A DNA stretch of 64,000 nucleotides from Eledone cirrhosa (lineage: Eukaryota). Numbering within the stretch: position 1 is the stretch's first letter; each line of letters begins with the position of its first letter. Positions 14,501 to 24,478 of this stretch are shown piece after piece. The notes under the pieces are model-generated. The model had not been told where the DNA came from. It made no database searches and saw only the letters and a list, made by a program, of their open reading frames with translations. The stretch lies in NCBI GenBank assembly GCA_964016885.1, contig OZ024740.1:271560001-271624000 (forward strand), given 5' to 3'. Both the position numbers and the translations under genes were made by a program.

Positions 14501-17220
14501 CAGAATCAGTAGAGGAGCTAGAGAATAAATTCCGGCTATGGAAACAGCAGTTGGAAGCAAGAGGACAGAGTAAATCTAGCTAAGACAAAAGTGTTGATGA
14601 GTAGAAAAGAGGACAAAACCCTGATTCCGTCAGGGAAATGGCCATGTTTGATATGCAGAAAAGGAACTGGCATAAATTCTATAAAATGCACACAATGCAG
14701 GTCCTGGGTACACAAGAGATGTAGCGGGATAGCAGGCAAACTAACAGGTAGGGAGAAATATGTATGCAGTAGATGTACAGGGAAATTAGACAGTAGAAGT
14801 CGCATTGATAGACACATTTTTCAAATGCGAGAGGGCGCTATAGAAGTGGAGGATAGCTTCCGGTACCTAGGAGATCAGATTAGCATGGGAGGAGGGTGTT
14901 CCGAGGCCATAGTATCTAGAATAAGGACGGGTTGGAAGAAGTTTAGGGAGCTGCTTCCTCTGTTGACGAAGAAGGGTTTCTCCCTGCGTACGAAAGGCCG
15001 GTTGTATGATGCCTGTGTGAGGAGCGCGATGCTGCATGGTAGTGAGACATGGGCAGCAACCGCAGAGGATATGCGACGGCTGGAGAGAAATGAGGCAAGC
15101 ATGCTCCGTTGGATGTGCAGTGTAAATGTGCAGTGTAAATGTGCTTGAACGACCCAGCATAAATGTGTTGAGAGAGAAACTGTGTCTGAGAGGGATAAAA
15201 TGTAGTGTACGGGAGAGGAGACTGAGGTGGTATGGACATGTGATGCGCATGGAGGATGACCGATGGGTGAAGAAGTGCCAGGAAATGCCAGTTGAAGGAA
15301 GACGTGGTAGAGGTAGACCACGAAAAACATGGGCGGAGGTGGTGAGAACAGACCTCACGGTGGAGATGACGAGGGACCGTGACGAGTGGAGAGATGCTGT
15401 GCTGAATAAGACCCGTCCCACCCTTGCAAGCAGGGAAAAGCGGACGTAAAATGATGATGATGATATATATATATATAAGAACAGGATGGAAGAAGTTCAG
15501 GGAGCTACTGCCACTGCCAGCTGCAAAAGGCTTTTCCCTCAAAATGAAAGGCAGACTGTATGATGCGTGTATATGAACAGCAATGTTACATGGTAGTGAG
15601 ACCTGGGCGCTGTCTGTAGAAGGAAGACTTGCGTAGATTAGAAAGAAACGAAGCCTGCATGCTCCGATGGATGTGTAATAGTAATATACGCGAACGGCAA
15701 AGCATAAACGAATTGAGAGAGAGACTGAGCATAAGAAGAATCAAATGCTGTGTGCAGGAAAAGAGGGTGCGTTGGTATGGACATGTGATGCGTATGAAGG
15801 ATGACAGCTGCATAAAAAGGTGCAGAGCACTAGAAGTCGATGGAAGCCGCGGAGTGGGGAGACCCAAGAAGACCTGGGATGAGGTGATAAAAGCCGACCT
15901 TAACCAATTAAACCTCTCAAAGGCGATGACACATGACCGTGACCTCTGGCGTCGCGCAGTAATACAAAAGAACCCCCCCTCCCCACGGGTACAAGCCGAA
16001 GCTGAAGCATATAGACAATATGCCCCCCATTCCCTCCCACTGCAAAGTGGTCGTGGAGGTGCCACGGCAAAAAAGCACCCAGCCCACACTAAAGTGGACG
16101 TGTAAGCGCCACGGAAAAAAAAGCACCCAACACTCACTGTAAATGAGGTTGGTGTTAGGAAGGGCATCCAGATGTAGAAATCAACCCAGAATCAGTTCCT
16201 GTATGAGCAAGGCATGGTCAGCCGACCAGCTACTGCTCACAACAGGACAACCCGTCTAACCCATGCTAGCGTGGAAGAACGAACGTAAAACGGTGATGAT
16301 GATGATGATGATGATGATACACATACATACACACAAAGATATACACACCTACACATATATATATATCAGCAATATCTGATAATATATAGATTGATGACAT
16401 GCTGTATGACCAGCATGACGGAGAATAAATCAGATCAATGGAAGAAATATGACATCAACCAAGAGAAGCTGAATCAACTTCCATATTCTAATATCAAATG
16501 TTTTACCCACTAAAATATGTATGGACATTTATAACTGCAGATAATAAAACGTACAAGTCATAAACACAAAAACCATAACAAACAAAAGATCTTACCATAA
16601 CAATTAATAACTCCACTAATCAAACCAGTATTGATTGTCTCCCCTTGCCGTTCTTGTTTTATTAGCCTAAGAACGGCATCAGTAACCTGCTTATTCAATG
16701 GGCGAAATAGATTGTCCCGCCAGGTGATCAAAGCCAACTGCAAGATTAGAAGAGAAAAAAAATAAATAAATAAATTTAAAAAAAAAATAAAAAAAAAAAA
16801 AAAAAATCAACAACATATATTATATACCAGACACTAAAGCTGACTGAAAAGAAGGGAGGGACTATCTGATCCCTGCCACCTCCCCGTATCCTTGTCTTGT
16901 GTGTACCACCCCCACATTTGTTTTATTCATATTCGATATGGTGTGAACCACACGTCTTTTTTACCACACCCTCTCTAAAGAGAGCGAGAGAGAGAGCAAG
17001 AGAGAGCGAGAGAGAGAGCAAGAGAGAGAGAGAGTGAGCGAGCGAGAGAGAGAGCAAGCGAGCGAGCGAGAGAGAGAGCAAGCGAGCGAGAAAGAGAGAG
17101 AGCAAGCGAGCGAGAGAGAGAGCAAGCGAGCGAGCGAGCGAGCGAGCAAGCGAGCGAGAGAGAGAGAGAGAGAGCAAGCGAGCGAGAGAGAGAGAGAGCA
17201 AGCGAGCGAGAGAGAGAGCA

Positions 17221-17266
<46 letters not shown>

Positions 17267-17503
17267 CGAGAGAGAGAGAGAGAGAGAGAAAGTGAGCGAG
17301 CGAGAGAGAAAGTGAGCGAGCGAGAGAGAGAGCAAGCGAGCGAGCGAGAGAGAGAGCAAGCGAGCGAGCGAGCGAGAGAGAGAGCAAGCGAGCGAGCGAG
17401 CGAGAGAGCAAGCGAGCAAGCGAGCGAGAGAGCAAGCGAGCGAGAGAGAGAGAGAGAGCAAGCGAGCGAGAGAGAGAGAGAGCGAGCGAGAGAGAGAGCA
17501 AGC

Positions 17504-17597
<94 letters not shown>

Positions 17598-17997
17598 GAG
17601 AGAGAGAGAGAGCAAGTGAGCGAGCGAGAGAGCAAGTGAGCGAGCAAGAGAGAGAGCAAGCGAGCGAGCGAGAGAGAGAGCAAGCGAGCGAGCGAGAGAG
17701 AGAGCAAGCGAGAGAGAGAGCAAGCGAGCGAGCGAGAGAGAGAGAGAGCAAGCGAGCGAGAGAGAGAGAGAGAGCAAGCGAGCGAGAGAGAGAGAGAGCA
17801 AGCGAGCGAGAGAGAGAGAGAGCAAGCGAGCGAGAGAGAGAGCAAGCGAGCGAGAGAGAGAGCAAGCGAGCGAGAGAGAGAGCAAGCGAGCGAGAGAGAG
17901 AGAGAGCAAGCGAGCGAGCGAGCGAGAGAGCAAGCGAGCGAGAGAGAGAGAGAGAGCAAGCGAGCGAGAGAAAGAGAGAGCGAGCGAGAGAAAGAGC

Positions 17998-18053
<56 letters not shown>

Positions 18054-21000
18054 TAGAGAGAGAGAGAGAGAGCAAGCGAGCGAGAGAGAGAGCAAGCGAG
18101 CGAGCGAGAGAGAGAGCAAGCGAGCGAGCGAGATGTGTAAAATCCCAAGCAGTTCTGCTTGTGTGTGTTAGATTGGTGGGTACTGTGTACTTGGATTAAA
18201 ATTGGAAAAAATGCTCAACCGAAGGAGCTAGGGCATATATAGAGTCTGCGGTGCTGAGACCGAGGAGACCACTAATCATGTGAGTACTCAATACATGGGG
18301 AGATGTAGAGTGGGTATAGGTATATGTAAAACCCCGACCGCTTGGCGCCGCGGTTGGATAAGTTAAAGGCCATTCTGGTACACTTCTTTCCATTTGATTA
18401 TTCATGCCAGGTTTTAGTTGCTTGATCAATAGTGCTGCCCATGTAGAATAGATTGCACATTCTAACCTGTATACCACGTACATACGTAGGCAACAATTAG
18501 TGGCCTCTTTAACCATATGTCAACCCCAATAGCTGGTCTTTCTGTTGGGTCTACTGGGGTTAGTGCTTCCTCCTCCCACACATTTTCAACAGTTACTGTA
18601 TATACTCGAATATAAGCCGAGGAATGTGACCAAAAAAAGAAAGAAATTGATGGTAAAATGGGGAGAGGTGGCTTATGTATGCCATCTAGACAATATGTTG
18701 ATTAGCTGCCTTTGCTTGCAAATAAGGTTTGGATTTTTGCCTATTTCTGAGACATAAAATAGAGGGGGGAATTACATTTGAGAATATATATACATGTATA
18801 CCAGTGATTCCCAACATAGAGCACACGCCCTACAGGGGACCAATTTGAAAATGATGTTAATGAGAGCAACTTCAGATTTTACTCTATTGCTTTTACACCA
18901 AGGCAAATTTGGAACAAATTAGTCAGAAACCCCCGTCTTACATCTACACACGTTATTGAGCATCTGGCATCACCCATATGCCAATTTGTTTACACTTTGT
19001 AATTGATCAACGCTGTTTTTATATCAAAGTGAGGCATAAAAATGTTTGATATGTTGAGGTGGGGCATGGATGGGACACAAAAGGTTTGGAACCATTGATG
19101 TATACAGACATATATACACATTCTAACAATACAATACTGTAACTTTGGTTCTCTTAGCCAAAAAAATGAAGTAAAATGACAAATAGTTTAAATTTGTTTA
19201 CAACTTACTGAATATATTTCATAGATGCCTTTAGTCCCTTCATCACATTCTCGACGTACCCAATGTCTGTTTAGATATGCACACACGCCATTTAGAACTT
19301 TACTGGAAAATTGATAATCTTCCCACTGTTTGGTATAAAATCGTAAAACATTTTCTTCAAGAAGATATGTACTATCCTGGAAAAAAGAAAAAAAATGTAT
19401 TTTAACTCTTTTAATACCATGCAAAACTGTTTTAAAGTGTCCTATTTATCTAAAAATCTTCATATCCATATGTAAGAACCCTTGTTAAATTATGTTCCAA
19501 AAACTAGATATATAATGAGAAACTTAGTTATATTATTATTCTTGAGTATATTTTAAATTATTTTAAAATTATAGCCAGTGTCTATTTTTAGAAATATAGT
19601 AACAAGAACGTAAACAAAACAATTTGAATTAATTTGAAAAAAAAAAAAAATTTTAGATAACAGGTGTATATTTTATTTAAATGTTTATTAAGTGAATACT
19701 TCAAATATTTTGAGGAAAAATACATTTTTATGGATTTGAGAGAAAGAGATATTGATTACCTTCAATAATTTCACCAAGTAACTTTTTAAGTACTCTTTCA
19801 GCCTTTTATAAAGTTCAAGGCCAACAAACTGGGCACCACAGGTAAGCTGTTTGCCCTTTTTACCAGCAGGTACCCGAGGCTGTTGACCTTGGGCTGTATT
19901 TGTTGGTTGCACACTAGTACAATAATTGTAAACATAGCTGAACAAATATTTTAAGGAAAATATATTCCATTTAAATCTGATGTTATCAAAATAAATATTT
20001 GATTGAAGGGAGCATTAAAACTCAAAGTATAAATGATTTCTTTTTTATTAAACTTAAGAAAAAATACAGGACAATAAATAATTGCTTCTACTTTTGGCAC
20101 AAGGCCAGCAATTACCCAGTAGATTACTGGTACTTTATTTTATCGACCCCATAAGGATGAAAGGCAAAGTTAACCTCGGTGGGATTTGAACTCAGGACAA
20201 TACAGGACAATAAATAATGATGGATTCTAAACATTACTCTTTTTAAAAGATTTCATGTTGGATGATTCCAAATTAGCAAATTTTCAGTCATTAGAGCCAA
20301 AATATCTTGTAGTATATATTCTGGCTTACTGCACTTTGAGTTCAAATCCCACTGAGGTCAACACAGTCTTTCACCCTTTCAGTGTCTCAATAAATTAACT
20401 GCCTGTGAATAGATGTGAATTGACAGAATTGGTAGGACAAGAAGCAAGACACTTTGCAGTATTGGTTCCTTCTGGCTCTTTGTGTTTCAAGTTCTTAGGT
20501 AGAGGACTTAATTTGTTCCCTGGTTGAACACCACCACCTGGTCCTGAGGTGACTTTAACACACTGCTGCAAGAATTCAGGCCAGGATTGCAGTTTAAGGA
20601 TAACTTCCTCCTTTCTTTCCACCAGTCACAGTAGCCCTAAAAACCTAAAGGGTTATCCATGAGCATTGCTTTTCACACTGACTAAACAGCAAAAAAAAAT
20701 TTTTTTTAAAGATTCAACTCAAAGGAAAAAACATCCAAACTATAACACAGTTATAATTGAACAAACAAAACAGGGATAAAAATATGAAGAGCTTAACATT
20801 ATATAAGGAGGCAAATTGGCAGAGTTGTTGGAGTGTCGGATAGAATGCTTTGTAGTATTCATTCCAGCTTTCTGCAATCTGAGTTCAAATCCCACCAATC
20901 TCAACTTTGCCTTTCATCCTCTTGAGGTCAATAAAGAAAATACCAGTCAAGTACTAGAGTCAATTCTTTGTCTATATTTCCTTCTTGCTTCCTCTCTACT

Positions 21001-24000
21001 ACTCTCTCTCCTCTGGAAGAAATCAGTTGTGTTCAAAGCTGGAGAGGGATGGGCTCCGCTGGGTTTAAAATGTCCAAGAATGTTATTACGACCCTCCTAT
21101 GACTCCACCAGAATTACAGGTCCATAGATAGAACACTGAAATTATCACCATCATCATCGTTTTTCCATGCTTGCATAAGTCCTTATCAGCACAACATCTC
21201 TCCACTTGCCGCGTTCCTTCATCCTATTCTCTGCGAGTCTCAGTAATTTGAGATCAGCTCTCACCTCCTCTGCTTCATACTAAAATAATAACTTCACTAA
21301 TCTAAACCAGGAAGATATTTTATCACCACACCTTTAACAAGATGATAATTATCAGACTTGTTAAAGCAAACAATAGATGAAGTTTCCATTGTTTCCTGTT
21401 TTCAACTGTTTAGCACTTAAGAAATAGAGTTACAAGGGTCGGCAGAAAAGTTCATAGGCTGACAAAGATACTCTCATGGACTGACCAAATGAGGTTTATT
21501 TTTCAACATAGTCCCTAGAAAGAAACAATGCAGTTATTAAGAAGAGTTGAAATGACTGCATGCAAGATTTCAGAACACTACCATCATTCCTCCACAGCCT
21601 ATGAACTTTCCAGCCGACCCTCATAAAGCCAGCCTCAAAATTATTGAAAGTAAGAGCAAGAAGTTATATTAGTCTTAGAAACAATCCTGCATAATTAAGG
21701 TCATCTATGATCTTTACATTATGAATCAATTAAGTTAACGAACTATTAAAGTATTCAGTTAATTATCATAAACATCCAAACTGTAATATTACCATATATA
21801 CGCCAATCCAAATATAAGCCGACCCACACTATTCTATGTCTTAGAAATAAGCAAAACTCCAAACCCTGTTTATAAACTGATGCAGCTAATCAACACAGTT
21901 TAGATGGCGTATACAAGCCAATCCTACCCTAGTTTACCATTGATTTTTTTTTTTTGGGGGGGGGGGGGGGGGGTCACATCTTCCTCAGCTTATATTCGAG
22001 TATATACAGTATACCAAGGGTTGTTTGAAGTTCCAGCTATGTCATTTATTGTCACATGGATTCTGCTTTGAGAACTACATCAAGGGTAATTTGAAGTTAC
22101 AACCTCGCCTTTTATTGTCACATGAATTCTGCCTGAGTGGTGAGAAACTCTCAGAAAAGCTGGACACTAGGTCTTAACCCTTTAACATTTACATTACTCT
22201 ATATTTACTATTGTTTTTTCACAGAAAAGACTACCTCACATAATATCGAATCTATGAGATTTTGATATTTCTTTTGAAAATAATTGTTTCTACTTTTGGC
22301 ACAAGGCCAGCAATTACTCAGTAGATTACTGGTACTTTATTTTATCGACCCCATAAGGATGAAAGGCAAAGTTAACCTCGGCGGGATTTGAACTCAGAAT
22401 GGCAAGGGCCGTAACTCTATACGTCGAAGCATGGCGTCCGACCCTCTACCGATACTGCCAATTCAGAAAATAATACCTTAATATCAGTATGAACGGCCAG
22501 TTACAGCTGGTCTGAACAGAAAGAGGTGAGAGAATTCTGGCTGGATATGGCCGGTTTAAATGCTAAAGGGTTATGAGAAGAAACCCACCTCAAGCAAGTG
22601 AGGTTCATAGGCTAACCAAGCTCTGAGAACTACATCAGTAGTAATTCAAAGATCCAGCTATGACACACACTGTTTCATGCTGACTCAGCCTGAGAACAGC
22701 ATTAACAGTATATGCACCTGCGAAATATTCAGCCATCTATGTGTTAATTTAACAATTAAACAGACCTATTAATTGAACAACTAAAGCTCATCGTCATCAC
22801 CAACAGAGGATCCATCATAAACATACCATCATCATTTAATGTCACTTTTCCACATTAGCAAGAGTTAGACAGATTGTCCTGTTGTGTAACAAGTTAGATC
22901 AGATGACCATGTCTTGCTCACACAAAACTGTTTCTGGCCTGGTTTCTACAGTTGGATGGTCTCCCTAATGCCAACCACATTTACAGTGTGGACAATATAT
23001 AAACATTAAATGAAAACAAATGTTGATTTCTATATGACTAGGTATGCTGCTAATTATTTTAAGGGTATAGGATGGATGCAAACTGATTTAGCCATCACTT
23101 AACATATACTGTTATTCATTCATTATTCCTTGAGATTTGAAGATGAAGCCAAGAAATAAAAACTAAATTTACAACTCTTTTGAGTAGGCCATCTCCACTG
23201 ACCTAAAGAAAAACATATTGGTTTCATATTTAGGCACAATGCCAACATCTTAATAAAAATTAAGATAAGATGTAGTTGTTTGAAAAATGTTAGGATATTA
23301 CTGGTTTGATCAACATAAAAAGTTTTGAAGGTTATTTGAAAATCTTTTCTACATTGAAAGAGATATACGAGGGTTGACTGAAAAGTTCATAGGCTAACCA
23401 AGATACTCTCATGGAATTTGACCAAATGGGGATTATTTTTCAACATAATCCTCCTTGTGGTCCACACACTTCTTCCAAGTGTTACAGTTCTTAGAACCCA
23501 TTGAAGAAGCTTTCATCCTGTTGGTAAAAAAAAGTGATCAACAGCAGATATGACATCATCATCACTGCGATACCAGTTCCCAGACAAGTGTTTTTCATGT
23601 TGGGGAACAGATGGTAGTCAGATGAGGTCAAATCAAAACAATTTCAGCACCATCCAACAATATTACTCCCTCAATCTTAGCACTCCTTTTCCTCCTATCA
23701 ACTATATAGCCATCTTACTAACTGAGAATTTATTCTTCATTCAACTCAGCACTTATTTTTGCATATACAATATAAATTTATGGAGATCTGAAGCCCATTG
23801 TAGAGATCTGTAGCACATTATAGAGATCTGTAGCACATTATAGAGATCTGTAGCACATTATAGAGATCTGTAGCACATTATAGAGATCTGTAGCACATTA
23901 TAGAGATCTGTAGCACATTATAGAGATCTGTAGCACATTATAGAGATATGTAGCACATTATAGAGATATGTAGCACATTATGGAGATATGTAGCACATTA

Positions 24001-24478
24001 TGGAGATATGTAGCATATTATAGAGATATGTAGCACATTATAGAGATATGTAGCACATTATGGAGATATGTAGCACATTATGGAGATATGTAGCACATTA
24101 TGGAGATATGTAGCACATTATGGAGATATGTAGCACATTATGGAGATATGTAGCACATTATAGAGATCTGTAGCACATTATAGAGATCTGTAGTACTATT
24201 AATACATATCTATAAAAAAAAACAAATTAACATCATACAAAGGTAATTAATTCAAACCACTGGAATTCTGGCTATGCTGGTTATGCTGGTTAATCATTAG
24301 AAAATTTTTTTTCTCATGTAGATGTAAAAGGATACGTATACAGTTCAATGTATCTACTCCTGGCCATACTCTCCTGTCTGTAAATTTGATCAATACCTTT
24401 CTTGAGGTCATCCCAGATTTGATCAAGATCAATCTGCCGTGGTCCATGAGGGTTGTTGTTCTTTGTTACACCTGCCAT
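2870..24478 (-). CDS. CUL1: Cullin-1 (SCF E3 ligase scaffold), 5' part: join of 24336-24478, 19760-19937, 19209-19376, 16596-16737, 10654-10817, 8331-8493, 6841-6971, 5761-5868, 4524-4627, 2870-2918; continues beyond window start
   Basis: Ten GT-AG-bounded exons total 1350 nt and splice in frame without stops: [25 protein letters not shown]...YVYNYCTSV...[17 protein letters not shown]...[16 protein letters not shown]...[33 protein letters not shown]. These motifs are diagnostic of cullin-1. Confidence 0.97.
3105..3460 (+). mobile_element. Degenerate RTE 3' end
   Basis: REKLCL...[10 protein letters not shown] remnants; tail aaagtagacataaaa(atg)n. Confidence 0.7.
3644..3770. repeat. 24-bp tandem repeat (taaacatttcataaaggaaggaag) x4 plus 15-bp derivatives
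   Basis: Direct inspection. Confidence 0.85.
4524..4627 (-). CDS. CUL1: CUL1 coding exon 9
   Basis: [34 protein letters not shown](S); CAG/GTAATA; 104 nt. Confidence 0.94.
5761..5868 (-). CDS. CUL1: CUL1 coding exon 8
   Basis: [36 protein letters not shown]; CAG/GTAAGT; 108 nt. Confidence 0.94.
6841..6971 (-). CDS. CUL1: CUL1 coding exon 7
   Basis: (D)[43 protein letters not shown]; CAG/GTAAGT; 131 nt. Confidence 0.94.
7068..7953 (+). mobile_element. 5'-truncated RTE LINE of a second family (no PHD insert)
   Basis: [11 protein letters not shown]...FADIVLL...[12 protein letters not shown]...FKYL; YYGHVVRM; 3' end aataagtgggcgaagaaga. Related 3' pieces at about 39155-39470(-), 50720-51095(-), 51565-51665(+). 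Confidence 0.85.
8079..8269 (-). mobile_element. Full-length young SINE with TSD gctagttaatttaataat. Other dispersed copies at about 3876-4270, 20077-20195, 30820-30940, 36651-36760, 40096-40252, 42478-42658 and 53104-53200.
   Basis: Same consensus; direct repeat on both sides. Confidence 0.88.
8331..8493 (-). CDS. CUL1: CUL1 coding exon 6
   Basis: [17 protein letters not shown]...[12 protein letters not shown]; CAG/GTAAGT; 163 nt. Confidence 0.94.
8891..9100. mobile_element. piggyBac-like MITE nested in a pogo/Tigger-like MITE (about 8617-9140)
   Basis: TTAA|CCCTTTA...GCTAAAGGG|TTAA; outer TIR gtggaaccttg / caaggttccac. Confidence 0.75.
9368..9755 (-). mobile_element. tRNA-derived SINE with RTE-derived body and tail
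   Basis: Reverse complement of the 56900-57237 family with an extra internal module. Confidence 0.82.
10654..10817 (-). CDS. CUL1: CUL1 coding exon 5
   Basis: (V)[54 protein letters not shown]; TAG/GTAAGA; 164 nt; not in the ORF track. Confidence 0.94.
10909..11317. mobile_element. pogo/Tigger-like MITE
   Basis: TIR tactgtatttgccggcctattggat / atccaataggccagcaaatacagta. A family with similar TACTGTA ends occurs at about 18593-18790, 21787-22010, 60493-60685 and 1-228. Confidence 0.7.
12250..15462 (+). mobile_element. Near full-length RTE-clade LINE (APE endonuclease + RT + PHD-like zinc finger), decayed, in CUL1 intron, antisense to gene
   Basis: APE motifs [29 protein letters not shown]; RT motifs [36 protein letters not shown]; C-terminal [11 protein letters not shown] and GRPRKTW; (GAT)n tail; flanked by (TA)n. 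Stops at 13489 and 13981; frameshifts near 14565 and near 15125 (13-bp duplication). Confidence 0.95.
15477..16318 (+). mobile_element. 5'-truncated RTE LINE (3' ORF fragment plus long 3' UTR and (GAT)n tail)
   Basis: [15 protein letters not shown]...RWYGHVMR...GRPKKTW; tail aacgtaaaacggtgatgatgat. Confidence 0.88.
16596..16737 (-). CDS. CUL1: CUL1 coding exon 4
   Basis: [47 protein letters not shown]; CAG/GTAAGA; 142 nt. Confidence 0.95.
16979..18132. repeat. Compound (AG)n / AGCAAGCG microsatellite, about 1.15 kb
   Basis: Direct inspection; source of the spurious SLSLAR / ERERAS ORFs. Confidence 0.97.
18802..19097. mobile_element. hAT-type MITE
   Basis: CAGTGATTCCCAAC ... GTTTGGAACCATTG with perfect 8-bp TSD ATGTATAC. 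Confidence 0.75.
19209..19376 (-). CDS. CUL1: CUL1 coding exon 3
   Basis: [56 protein letters not shown]; CAG/GTAAGT; 168 nt. Confidence 0.95.
19760..19937 (-). CDS. CUL1: CUL1 coding exon 2
   Basis: CAG acceptor, [10 protein letters not shown]...[26 protein letters not shown], donor GTAATC; 178 nt. Confidence 0.95.
21431..21625. mobile_element. Mariner-derived MITE (other copies at about 2563-2750 and 6459-6657)
   Basis: TIRs agggtcggcagaaaagttcataggctg / cagcctatgaactttccagccgaccct. Confidence 0.75.
22178..22570. mobile_element. piggyBac-like MITE interrupted by a SINE (about 22280-22465, TSD gaaaataat)
   Basis: TTAA|CCCTTTAACATTT ... AAATGCTAAAGGG|TTAT. Confidence 0.8.
23367..23635 (-). 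mobile_element. Mariner transposon 3' end remnant
   Basis: Minus-strand translation [14 protein letters not shown]...DDDVISAV...[14 protein letters not shown], the mariner transposase C-terminus; TIR tacgagggttgactgaaaagttcataggct. Confidence 0.8.
23781..24193. repeat. 20-bp minisatellite T(A/G)GAGAT(C/A)TGTAGCACATTA, about 20.6 copies
   Basis: Exact 20-nt periodicity. Confidence 0.97.
24336..24478 (-). CDS. CUL1: CUL1 coding exon 1
   Basis: ATG at 24478; [47 protein letters not shown](T); followed by donor GTATCCTTTT. Confidence 0.93.

Larger units (their letters stand above)
19938..24335 (-). other. U12-type (minor spliceosome) GT-AG intron of CUL1, 4398 nt
   Basis: 5' splice site GTATCCTTTT matches the U12 consensus. 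Branch site TTTTCCTTAA lies about 13 nt before the CAG, and there is no long polypyrimidine tract. Confidence 0.9.

Noticed and set aside
12334-15449. Active LINE or host gene
   Set aside because: Two in-frame stops and two frameshifts; this copy is dead.
16923-18199. Long ORFs of 295-398 aa (SLSLAR / ERERAS)
   Set aside because: They are translations of the (AG)n microsatellite, open in several frames only because the repeat lacks stop codons.
23781-24193. CRISPR-like array
   Set aside because: Contiguous 20-bp units with no unique spacers, no cas genes, and a eukaryotic intron context.
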